Source: a virus. Taken from it: a stretch of 64,000 bases of DNA. A model generated the notes under the pieces. That model saw only the letters and a list, made by a program, of their open reading frames with translations, did not search any database and was not told where the DNA came from. The stretch covers positions 32,001-96,000 of IMG/VR virus record IMGVR_UViG_3300046777_001606; one strand, written 5' to 3'. Shown in pieces: positions 56,075-64,000 of the stretch; position 1 is the stretch's first letter, and each line of letters starts with the position of its first letter. Made by a program: the position numbers and the translations under genes.

Positions 56075-57539
56075 TACAACAAATTTAGTAATAACCAAGT
56101 CTAATGAGGTTTTTCTTAAAATAAAAACAGAACCTCACATTGAATATGAACTTAGAGATCACTTTAAGTTTGAAGTTCCGAATGCAAAGTTTATGCCTCA
56201 ATATAGGGGAAGAAACTGGAATGGAGAAATTCATTTATTTGATATGAGATCAAAACAAATTTATGTTGGTCTCTTAGATAAGATTGTAAATTTTTGCGAG
56301 CAATATGGTTATTCCTATAAGTTTGAAGATAATAAATTTTATGGGCAACCTTTTGAAATTAATCAAGAAATATCTTTTGAAGGCGTAAAGGACTATATGC
56401 AGTCTATTTGCTCACACACTCCCCGTTCGTATCAAGTAGAGGGAGTATACGATGCATTAAGACATAATCGAAAGCTATTGATATCTCCCACTGCATCAGG
56501 CAAATCTCTGATGATTTATTCGTTAGTAAGATACTATGCAGATAAGAACGAAAAAATACTTTTAGTCGTTCCAACGACAAGTCTTGTAGAACAAATGTAT
56601 AAGGATTTTCAGGATTATGGTTGGGATGCGGAGTCATACTGCCACAGAATTTATTCTGGAAGAGAAAAAACAAATGAACATCCCGTAACGATTACTACTT
56701 GGCAATCAGTATACAAATTAGAACGTTCTTTCTTTGAAGATTACAATGTAATTATAGGTGACGAAGCTCATTTATTCAAGAGCAAGTCACTTATAGAAAT
56801 AATGACTAAACTTCATCATGCAAAATATCGTTTTGGTTTTACTGGAACATTAGATGGAACACAAACTCACAAATGGGTTTTGGAAGGACTATTTGGACCA
56901 TCATATAAAGTCACCAGAACTGATGAGTTAATGCGACAAGGACACCTTTCTCAATTGGATATTCAATGCCTTGTTCTTAAACATGCGCCACAAAAATTTG
57001 AAACTTATGAAGATGAGATACAATATTTAATTTCGCACGAACAGAGAAATAATTTTATTAAAAATCTTACTCTAGATTTAAAAGGTAATACTCTTGTTCT
57101 TTTTTCAAGAGTAGAAGCACATGGAGCAATACTCTATGAAAAGATAAATAGTCATAAGCGAAATGATAGAAAAGTATTTTTCGTTCATGGTGGAGTTGAT
57201 GCTGAAGAAAGAGAATTAGTTAGAGAGATTACCGAAAGAGAAAACAACGCAATAATTGTTGCGTCCTATGGAACCTTTTCTACTGGTATCAATATTAAAA
57301 ATCTCCATAATGTTATCTTCGCCTCACCTAGCAAATCCAGAATCAGAAATCTTCAAAGCATTGGACGAGTTCTTAGAAAGGGAAAAGACAAAATAAAAGC
57401 AACACTTTATGATATTGCTGATGATTGTACTTATAATTCTAGAAAAAATTATACTTTAAATCATTTAATAGAAAGAATTAAAATTTATAATGAAGAAAAT
57501 TTTAATTATGAAATAACTACAATTCAATTAAAAAAATGA
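56067..57539 (+). CDS. uvsW: SF2 RNA-DNA/DNA helicase UvsW
   Basis: Likely start at 56067; SPTASGKS, DEAH, GFTGT, FSTGINIKNLH and LQSIGRVLR. Confidence 0.95.
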   Translation: MVDTTNLVITKSNEVFLKIKTEPHIEYELRDHFKFEVPNAKFMPQYRGRNWNGEIHLFDMRSKQIYVGLLDKIVNFCEQYGYSYKFEDNKFYGQPFEINQEISFEGVKDYMQSICSHTPRSYQVEGVYDALRHNRKLLISPTASGKSLMIYSLVRYYADKNEKILLVVPTTSLVEQMYKDFQDYGWDAESYCHRIYSGREKTNEHPVTITTWQSVYKLERSFFEDYNVIIGDEAHLFKSKSLIEIMTKLHHAKYRFGFTGTLDGTQTHKWVLEGLFGPSYKVTRTDELMRQGHLSQLDIQCLVLKHAPQKFETYEDEIQYLISHEQRNNFIKNLTLDLKGNTLVLFSRVEAHGAILYEKINSHKRNDRKVFFVHGGVDAEERELVREITERENNAIIVASYGTFSTGINIKNLHNVIFASPSKSRIRNLQSIGRVLRKGKDKIKATLYDIADDCTYNSRKNYTLNHLIERIKIYNEENFNYEITTIQLKK

Positions 57540-57928
57540 TAGAAGAAGATTTTTATGCAACAATTAAATTGAGGACAGGAGAAGAAATCTTCTGCAAAGT
57601 TGCTGCTATGGAAGAAGATGAAAGAACTTTACTATTAATTTCAAATCCAATCATTGTTAATGAAATTAAAAGTAAATATCAAATTGTTGGATATCGAGTT
57701 GAACCTTGGTTAAAAACAACAACAGAGGATCTTCTGGTAATTGATATTAAAGATGTAGTAACAATGAGCGAATCTTCGGATATCGAAATGATCGTAATGT
57801 ATCAAAATTTTGTAAGAAGCTCTCAAAGAAATAGCAAAAGAGAACTTAAGTTGAATAAAGAAATGGGATACATATCAAATGTTAATGATGCTAAAGAGAT
57901 ATTAGAGAAGTTATTTAAGAATAGCTAA
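57536..57928 (+). CDS. Conserved hypothetical protein (Sm-like beta fold)
   Basis: IKLRTGEEI...NPI...PW pattern; occupies the usual slot between uvsW and g55. Confidence 0.65.
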   Translation: MIEEDFYATIKLRTGEEIFCKVAAMEEDERTLLLISNPIIVNEIKSKYQIVGYRVEPWLKTTTEDLLVIDIKDVVTMSESSDIEMIVMYQNFVRSSQRNSKRELKLNKEMGYISNVNDAKEILEKLFKNS

Positions 57929-57955
57929 AGTATTATCTTTAAACCCAACAAAGGT

Positions 57956-57984
57956 AGTCTACTCATAATTTCAAAACTTGTCAA
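57956..57984 (-). promoter_or_regulatory. Antisense sigma70-type promoter TTGACA-N17-TAGACT
   Basis: The minus strand reads ttgaca agttttgaaattatgag tagact. Confidence 0.65.
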
Positions 57985-58007
57985 CTGTTTTGTTCATGTG
58001 GTAAAAT
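57978..58007 (+). promoter_or_regulatory. Sigma70-type promoter for g55 (TTGTCA-N18, extended -10 TGgTAAAAT)
   Basis: ttgtca at 57978-57983, TG at 57999-58000 and taaaat at 58002-58007, upstream of g55. Confidence 0.6.
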
Positions 58008-58032
58008 TCATATATATTAATTAGAAAATTTA

Positions 58033-58530
58033 ATGATAACCACAGCAGTTATGACCAAAAGAAAAAGGTCAGAGCATTACGTCAATAATAAGGAATTTCT
58101 AGCAGCTCTAATTAAGTATCGTGAAGATATTGAAATTGCACAAATTCAAGGAAAACCGAAACCACGCATTACAAATTACTTGGGAGAGTGTTTTTTAAAG
58201 ATTGCTACTCATTTATCCTTTAAACCAAATTTTGTAAATTATATGTTTAAGGATGATATGATTTGTGATGGAATTGAAAACTGCGTTCAGTATATTCATA
58301 ACTTTGATCCACAAAAATCCCAAAATCCCTTTGCTTACTTTACTCAAATTATTCACTACGCTTTTCTGAGAAGAATACAAAAGGAAAAGAAACAGTTGGA
58401 GATCAAAAATAAAATTCTTGAAAAATCTGGATACGATCAAGTGTTTGATGATAACAATACTGTTGACGGATCAAATTATAGCGATTATAATAGCATCAAG
58501 GATGCTGTACACTCTAAACTTCGCTATTGA
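58033..58530 (+). CDS. gp55: Late transcription sigma factor gp55
   Basis: HYVNNKEFL, DMICDGIENC and NPFAYFTQIIHYAFLRRIQKEK. Confidence 0.95.
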   Translation: MITTAVMTKRKRSEHYVNNKEFLAALIKYREDIEIAQIQGKPKPRITNYLGECFLKIATHLSFKPNFVNYMFKDDMICDGIENCVQYIHNFDPQKSQNPFAYFTQIIHYAFLRRIQKEKKQLEIKNKILEKSGYDQVFDDNNTVDGSNYSDYNSIKDAVHSKLRY

Positions 58531-59571
58531 ATGAAAGTTGCAATTATTACTGATCAGCACTTTGGGTGTCGTAAAAATTCAAAACTTTTTCATGAGTATT
58601 TTTTGAAATTTTACAATGATGTGTTTTTTCCAACTCTAGAAAGAGAAGGAATAACCACGGTTATCGATATGGGAGATACTTTCGATAGTCGTAAAGGAAT
58701 TGATTTTTCTGCCCTCTCTTGGGCAAAGAATAATTACTATGATCGTCTCCAAGAAATGGGAGTCACAGTTCACACGATTGTTGGTAATCACACTGCTTAT
58801 TATAAAAATACCAATGCGGTCAATTCTGTAAGTTTACTTTTGAAAGAGTATAATAATATTAAAGTTTATTCTGACCCAACAGAGGTTGAGTTAGAAAAAT
58901 TAAAAGTGCTGTTTATTCCTTGGATCAACCAAGAAAATCAAGAAAAGACTTTAAATTTGATTAAAAAAACTAAATCTCCAATTGTTATGGGACATTTGGA
59001 ATTAAATGGGTTTTCTGCTTACAGGGGACATGTTATGGACCATGGGATGGAAACTAATATTTTTGATAAATTTAAAAAAGTTTTTTCTGGTCACTATCAT
59101 ACTCGTTCTAGTGATGGAAAGATTTTTTACCTAGGGAATCCTTATGAAATTTATTGGAACGATGTGAATGATACTCGTGGATTTCATGTTTTTGATACGG
59201 AGACTCTAGATACAAGTTCTATTAATAATCCATATAAAATTTTTTATAATGTGTATTATGAAGATACAAACTATCAAACTTTTGATTCCCGAGAGTATGA
59301 AGATAAAATTGTTAGAGTAATTGTCCGCAAAAAATCAGATATTAAAAAATTTGAAAAATTTATCGATAAATTATACGCCTCAAATGTAGCAGAATTAAAA
59401 GTTGTTGAAAATTTTGCAATTCAAGAGTCTGAAGAATTTGAAGCATTTGAATCTGAAGATACACTAACTATTTTGAAGAGATACATAGAAGAAGCAGAAG
59501 TAGATTTGGATAAATCAGTTATTCAAAAAATGCTTCAAGAAATCTATCAAGAAGCTTGTGAGTTAGTATAA
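58531..59571 (+). CDS. gp47: Recombination endonuclease subunit gp47 (Mre11/SbcD-like)
   Basis: ITDQHFG, MGDTFD, VGNH and FSGHYH metallophosphoesterase motifs. Confidence 0.95.
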   Translation: MKVAIITDQHFGCRKNSKLFHEYFLKFYNDVFFPTLEREGITTVIDMGDTFDSRKGIDFSALSWAKNNYYDRLQEMGVTVHTIVGNHTAYYKNTNAVNSVSLLLKEYNNIKVYSDPTEVELEKLKVLFIPWINQENQEKTLNLIKKTKSPIVMGHLELNGFSAYRGHVMDHGMETNIFDKFKKVFSGHYHTRSSDGKIFYLGNPYEIYWNDVNDTRGFHVFDTETLDTSSINNPYKIFYNVYYEDTNYQTFDSREYEDKIVRVIVRKKSDIKKFEKFIDKLYASNVAELKVVENFAIQESEEFEAFESEDTLTILKRYIEEAEVDLDKSVIQKMLQEIYQEACELV

Positions 59572-59572
59572 A

Positions 59573-59842
59573 ATGTTTATTCTTACGGTTGCGGGGAAAG
59601 AAGATGATGGAGCTTATGCTGTAGTTAATTCTGAGGGAGAAAAAATTTTATATCTCTTTCAAGAAGAAGATGACGCAACTAGGTTTGCAATGATGTTAGA
59701 AGATGATGGATATCCTGAAATGCATGTTATTGAAGTAGATAATGATTTAATTCTAAAAACTTGCGAAATGTATAATTGTTGCTATACTGTAATTACTAAG
59801 GATGATATTGTAGTGCCCCCAAAAGAGTATGACTATATTTGA
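59573..59842 (+). CDS. Conserved hypothetical protein
   Basis: LYLFQEEDDATRFAMML; packed between g47 and g46. Confidence 0.7.
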   Translation: MFILTVAGKEDDGAYAVVNSEGEKILYLFQEEDDATRFAMMLEDDGYPEMHVIEVDNDLILKTCEMYNCCYTVITKDDIVVPPKEYDYI

Positions 59843-61538
59843 ATGTGTTCGTTGGAAAAATTTTCTTTCTACCGGAAATCAATTTACTGAAGTTAATTTT
59901 CAAAAAAATAGCACAACTCTCATTATTGGGTCTAATGGTGCTGGAAAAAGTACAATATTAGATGCTCTAACTTTTGCTCTTTTTGGAAAACCATTTAGAA
60001 AAATTAATAAACCGCAACTTATTAATACTACAAATGAAAAAGATTGTGTGGTTGAAGTAGAATTTTCTATTGGAAGTACTTCGTGGAAAGTTGTAAGAGG
60101 AATTAAGCCAAATATTTTTGAGATTTATAGAAATGGATCCTCACTAGACCAGTCTGCATCTGCAGTTGATCAGCAAAAATGGCTTGAGCAGACTGTTTTA
60201 AAAATGAATTACAAGTCATTTACGCAGATTGTAATACTTGGATCGAGCACGTTTGTGCCTTTTATGCAACTTCCTGCAGCTCACCGTCGTGAAGTTATTG
60301 AAGATCTTCTTGATATTAAAATCTTTTCGTCCATGAATCTTGTTATCAAAGAAAAGATTCGCTCAATAAAGGAAGAAATCAAAACTCTGGAGTTTAAAAA
60401 AGAATCTCTCTCAGAAAAACTCAAGATGCAGCAGAGTTTTATTGAACAATTGGAAAGTCAGGGAAATGCCAAGATAAACGCCAATAAAGAAAAGATTACT
60501 AATTTAGATAACGAAATTGGCATTTATATGACTGATAATGCATCAATCGAGGAGGGAATTTTTAAATATACCTCAGAGCAGGAAAATGTTATTGGTGCTG
60601 GAGATAAGTTAGTAAAGCTTAACAATCTGAAGGGTAAAATCTCGCAGAAAGTATCTGCTATTACCAAAGAACATAAGTTTTTTACAGAAAATACGGTATG
60701 CCCTACTTGTACTCAAACTATTGAAGAAGAGTTTCGGTTAAATAGAATTGTAGACGCTCAAAATAAGGCAAAGGAACTCCAGAAAGGTTTTAGCGACCTA
60801 GAAGAGACTATAAAATTTGAGCAAGAGAGAGAGCGCCAATTTGTTGCCCTATCTAAGGAGATTACCAGACTCAACAATGAGATTTCTCAAAACAATACTC
60901 GGATATCCCATAACCAGAGACAAATCCGAGATCTTGAATCTGAAATTCAAACTATTACCGAGAACCTTGCAAACAGAAATACTGAACATGAGAAGTTAGA
61001 GTCTTTCAAAGAAAATTTAAAAACAACTTATTCTGAAGTATCAGAAAAGAAAAAGTTAGTAAATTACTACGATTTTACATACGGATTATTAAAGGACGGT
61101 GGAGTTAAAACTAAAATTATCAAGAAGTATCTACCGCTGATAAATCAGCAAGTAAACCGTTATCTTCAGATGATGGATTTTTATATCAATTTTACTCTTG
61201 ATGAGGAGTTTAACGAAACTGTCCAATCACCTATTCATGAAGATTTTTCTTATAGCTCTTTTAGTGAAGGTGAAAAAATGAGAATAGATTTAGCTCTTCT
61301 TTTTACTTGGAGAGAAGTTGCTAGATATAAAAATTCAATTAGCACTAATCTGCTGATCATGGATGAAGTATTTGATTCTTCGCTTGATGGGTTTGGAACT
61401 GATGAGTTTCTTAAGATTATTCGTTATGTGATTAAGGATGCTAATATCTTTGTGATTTCTCATAAAGATGGTATGCAAGATAAATTTGAGAGTGTTATAA
61501 GATTTGAAAAGGTTAAAGGATTTAGTCGAATGGTTTAA
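59829..61538 (+). CDS. gp46: Recombination ATPase gp46 (Rad50/SbcC-like)
   Basis: GSNGAGKS, CPTC zinc hook, FSEGEK signature and MDEVFDSSLD. Confidence 0.96.
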   Translation: MTIFECVRWKNFLSTGNQFTEVNFQKNSTTLIIGSNGAGKSTILDALTFALFGKPFRKINKPQLINTTNEKDCVVEVEFSIGSTSWKVVRGIKPNIFEIYRNGSSLDQSASAVDQQKWLEQTVLKMNYKSFTQIVILGSSTFVPFMQLPAAHRREVIEDLLDIKIFSSMNLVIKEKIRSIKEEIKTLEFKKESLSEKLKMQQSFIEQLESQGNAKINANKEKITNLDNEIGIYMTDNASIEEGIFKYTSEQENVIGAGDKLVKLNNLKGKISQKVSAITKEHKFFTENTVCPTCTQTIEEEFRLNRIVDAQNKAKELQKGFSDLEETIKFEQERERQFVALSKEITRLNNEISQNNTRISHNQRQIRDLESEIQTITENLANRNTEHEKLESFKENLKTTYSEVSEKKKLVNYYDFTYGLLKDGGVKTKIIKKYLPLINQQVNRYLQMMDFYINFTLDEEFNETVQSPIHEDFSYSSFSEGEKMRIDLALLFTWREVARYKNSISTNLLIMDEVFDSSLDGFGTDEFLKIIRYVIKDANIFVISHKDGMQDKFESVIRFEKVKGFSRMV

Positions 61539-61539
61539 A

Positions 61540-62286
61540 ATGCAGAAAGTTTTAATTACTGGACATAAAGGATTTATCGGTAAACATGTATTTGCAGATT
61601 GGAAGGAGACTCATAGTGAATGGGTAACCGGATTGGATCGTCCAGATGATGTTAAAGATTTTTCTGGAGGAGATTACGATCTTGTAATTCACTTAGCTGC
61701 ATATGCAGATATTCGTGATAGTCAGGAGAACCCAGAAAAGTATTATGAAAATAATGTAGTCTCAACAAAACCATTATTTGATTGGTGTAGAAAAACTAAT
61801 ACCCGTCTTCTTTATGCATCTTCAAGTACAGTAGAAGAAGACTATTGGACAAATCCATATGCAATGACTAAATGGATTAATGAGCAAATGGCTCCTCAGA
61901 ATTCTGTCGGAATGAGATTTACAACCGTATATGGTCCCGGTGGTAGAGGAAATATGATGTATGACTTGCTCAAGGACAGAAAAGCAACATATGTAACTAA
62001 TCATAAAAGAGATTGGATACATGTGAAAGATGTATGTAGAGCTATTCGTTATCTTGCGACAAGTGATGTAACTGGACCTATTCCTGTTGGTACTGGGAAA
62101 TCTATATCGGTAAAAGATCTTGCAGCAGCGTTTGGGCAGGGCAATCTGCCAGTTCAAGAACTGACCCCAGGTGAGAGACAAGACAATGCTGCTGATGTTA
62201 AAATACTAACTAGTATAGGATGGTTTCCAACCACAAACATTCTGGATACAGTCAATGAATACTCCAAATTGGCAACACCACTCTAA
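61540..62286 (+). CDS. NAD-dependent nucleotide-sugar epimerase/dehydratase (extended SDR)
   Basis: Likely start MQKVLITGHKGFIG at 61540; HLAA, YASSS, YAMTK (YxxxK), VYGPG and RDWIHVKDV. Confidence 0.88.
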   Translation: MQKVLITGHKGFIGKHVFADWKETHSEWVTGLDRPDDVKDFSGGDYDLVIHLAAYADIRDSQENPEKYYENNVVSTKPLFDWCRKTNTRLLYASSSTVEEDYWTNPYAMTKWINEQMAPQNSVGMRFTTVYGPGGRGNMMYDLLKDRKATYVTNHKRDWIHVKDVCRAIRYLATSDVTGPIPVGTGKSISVKDLAAAFGQGNLPVQELTPGERQDNAADVKILTSIGWFPTTNILDTVNEYSKLATPL

Positions 62287-62428
62287 GAAGGAACAGAAGC
62301 GGAAACTGAAACCGCAAGCACTCCGACAAGCAAAAGCACGACTGAGCCACTTCAAAAAGCGGCACATGACCTCCCCCAAAAAGGGAGGTTCTTTTGTATT
62401 ATATACACATACGATTCAAATCAAATGA
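62255..62428 (+). CDS. 57-aa basic hypothetical protein (not in ORF track)
   Basis: Hand translation: MNTPNWQHHSKKEQKRKLKPQALRQAKARLSHFKKRHMTSPKKGGSFVLYTHTIQIK; ATGA overlap with the next gene. Confidence 0.55.
   Translation: MNTPNWQHHSKKEQKRKLKPQALRQAKARLSHFKKRHMTSPKKGGSFVLYTHTIQIK
62369..62395 (+). terminator. Putative intrinsic terminator inside the small basic ORF
   Basis: acctccc-ccaaaaa-gggaggt followed by tctttt. Confidence 0.55.
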
Positions 62429-64000
62429 CTGTCCGCCACGAAATCAAGTCCCAACTCGCAAAGCTTCTTGCTACCGAAGACCTTGTGGTTGAGCACAAGA
62501 AGGTGGAGACTGCCTGCTTTAACGTCCATACCCGTGTGCTGACTCTGCCGATGTGGGAGAAGGCAAGCAACACCGTTTATGACCTTCTGGTGGGGCACGA
62601 GGTTGGTCACGCTCTCTATACGCCTGATGAAGATTGGATTAAGGAGCATAAGATTCCGCCACAGTTTGTAAATGTGGTTGAGGATGCTCGTATTGAGAAG
62701 TTGATGAAGCGTCGTTATGCTGGTCTCGCCAAGACCTTCTATAATGGATATAAAGATTTGTCTGATGAAGATTTCTTTCAACTGGGTGATAGCGATATTA
62801 CTACTTACAACCTTGCTGATAAAGTTAATCTCTATTACAAGATTGGGAATTTTGTAGAAATTCCTTTTGATGATTTTGATGAGATGCCTATCGTTCGTAT
62901 GATCGGTGAGTGTGAAACTTTTTCTGACGTTTTAATTGCTGCAGAATTTCTTTATAAGTTCTGCAAGAAAAAGCAGCAGGAAGAAACCAAAATTTCTCTG
63001 GATAATCTTGAGTCTCAGCAGAGTGGTGCTGATAATCAACCTGCCTCCGATTTTAGTGACCAGCAGGAAGGTGAGAACGACCAACCTGAGTCTAATGATT
63101 CTGAAGGTGCTCCCTCTTCTGATGAAAATTCTCAGCAGCAGCAACCCACTAATCGGGGTGGTGAGAAGAATGAAGAACCTGAAGTCAAGACGATGGAGTC
63201 TCTGGAAGAGGCACTAAAAGAACTCGTCAATAATAGTGGTCCTGAAAATGTTTATCTGGAACTGCCTAAGCTTGACTTGAAAAAAGTGATTGTTCCGAAT
63301 GCTCAGATTCATTCTAATTGTAAAGAATCTTGGGACTCTTTTTCAGAAAATACTGGATATAAGTATGAAGACCTCTTTGGCGAAGTTGATCGGCAGTTTG
63401 TAGAGTTCAAGCGTTCTGTACAGAAGGAAGTCAACTATCTGGTCAAAGAGTTTGAGTGTCGTAAGGCAGCAGACTCCTATGCTCGTGCTACGACTGCCCG
63501 CACTGGTGTTCTGGACTGCTCCAAACTTCATACCTACAAATACAACGAAGACCTATTCAAGAAGGTCACTACACTCGCTAACGGTAAGAATCACGGTCTG
63601 GTGTTCGTTCTGGACTGGTCTGGTTCGATGTGTGATGTGATGCTGGATACGGTCAAGCAACTCTTCAACCTTGTTTGGTTCTGTAAAAAAGTTGCGATTC
63701 CGTTCGAGGTTTATGCTTTCACAACTGATTATCCTCTGGTTTCTTATGATGAGAATGGTAAGGCAAATCTCCGTGAACTTGCTTATGAAAAGAAAGATGG
63801 TCTGATTCAAGTTGGTGAATGGTTCTCGATGATGAATCTTTTGACCAGTCAAGTGAACGGTAAGACTTTGGAAGAACAGATGAAGAATATTTTCCGCCTT
63901 GCGTATTCTTTTGGGCGTAATTGCTATGCTCATTATTCCATTCCTCTGGGGCTTTCTCTTTCAGGAACTCCTCTGAATGAGGCACTGATTTCTCTTCACC
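62425..64000 (+). CDS. Metallopeptidase-like (HExxH) + vWA protein, CobT-like partner; 3'-partial (not in ORF track)
   Basis: MTVRHEIKSQLAKLLATEDL...LVGHEVGHALYTP...NVVEDARIEK; acidic linker; LVFVLDWSGSM MIDAS motif near 63600; GTPLNE near the window end. Confidence 0.85.
   Translation, partial: MTVRHEIKSQLAKLLATEDLVVEHKKVETACFNVHTRVLTLPMWEKASNTVYDLLVGHEVGHALYTPDEDWIKEHKIPPQFVNVVEDARIEKLMKRRYAGLAKTFYNGYKDLSDEDFFQLGDSDITTYNLADKVNLYYKIGNFVEIPFDDFDEMPIVRMIGECETFSDVLIAAEFLYKFCKKKQQEETKISLDNLESQQSGADNQPASDFSDQQEGENDQPESNDSEGAPSSDENSQQQQPTNRGGEKNEEPEVKTMESLEEALKELVNNSGPENVYLELPKLDLKKVIVPNAQIHSNCKESWDSFSENTGYKYEDLFGEVDRQFVEFKRSVQKEVNYLVKEFECRKAADSYARATTARTGVLDCSKLHTYKYNEDLFKKVTTLANGKNHGLVFVLDWSGSMCDVMLDTVKQLFNLVWFCKKVAIPFEVYAFTTDYPLVSYDENGKANLRELAYEKKDGLIQVGEWFSMMNLLTSQVNGKTLEEQMKNIFRLAYSFGRNCYAHYSIPLGLSLSGTPLNEALISLH

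Noticed and set aside
44291-61538. Introns, inteins or homing endonucleases in g17, g20, g23, uvsW or g46
   Set aside because: The ORFs are continuous and of ordinary length, with no intein or LAGLIDADG/GIY-YIG/HNH motifs seen.
51629-61539. Track start codons at 51629, 56034 and 61504 (also 351 and 40810)
   Set aside because: The first three overlap upstream genes; better starts are 51683, 56067 and 61540. 40822 is preferred over the GTG at 40810, and the first ORF is open to the window edge.
2723-63985. Short minus-strand and out-of-frame ORFs in the track
   Set aside because: All lie within long, motif-supported + strand genes and show antisense codon-shadow composition.
62416-63985. Apparent gene-poor or fragmented right end
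   Set aside because: One continuous + strand ORF starts at 62425 and runs off the window, so it was not called.
1-64000. tRNA/rRNA genes or stop-codon reassignment
   Set aside because: Intergenic gaps are short, no cloverleaf was seen, and core genes are intact under the standard code with all three stops in use.

Overview
64 kb of a T4-like myophage genome, most consistent with a cyanomyovirus (Kyanoviridae-like). The host is inferred from gene content and order, not shown directly. All credible genes are on the + strand. The order is: giant baseplate wedge gene (gp7-like, truncated at the left edge), gp8, VrlC/DUF4815-type protein, gp13-gp16, a ~19 kb variable island (tail fibres, collagen-like fibre, glycan-modifying enzymes, probable internal head proteins), gp17-gp23, gp3, uvsY, uvsW, gp55, gp47, gp46, an NAD-dependent epimerase, and a HExxH peptidase/vWA gene truncated at the right edge. 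Five real genes are missing from the ORF track and were translated by hand. The top observation is a ~720-aa insert in the baseplate protein that reads as four nested phycobiliprotein-like (globin-fold) domains, each keeping a KCxRD bilin-site-like cysteine and a second beta155-like cysteine. Also notable: an unannotated NblA-like ORF in the same late operon, a possible fibre-glycosylation cassette, a daisy-chain of terminal motifs linking fibre genes, and a near-consensus antisense sigma70 promoter upstream of g55. All family calls come from motif recognition and synteny; no searches were run.
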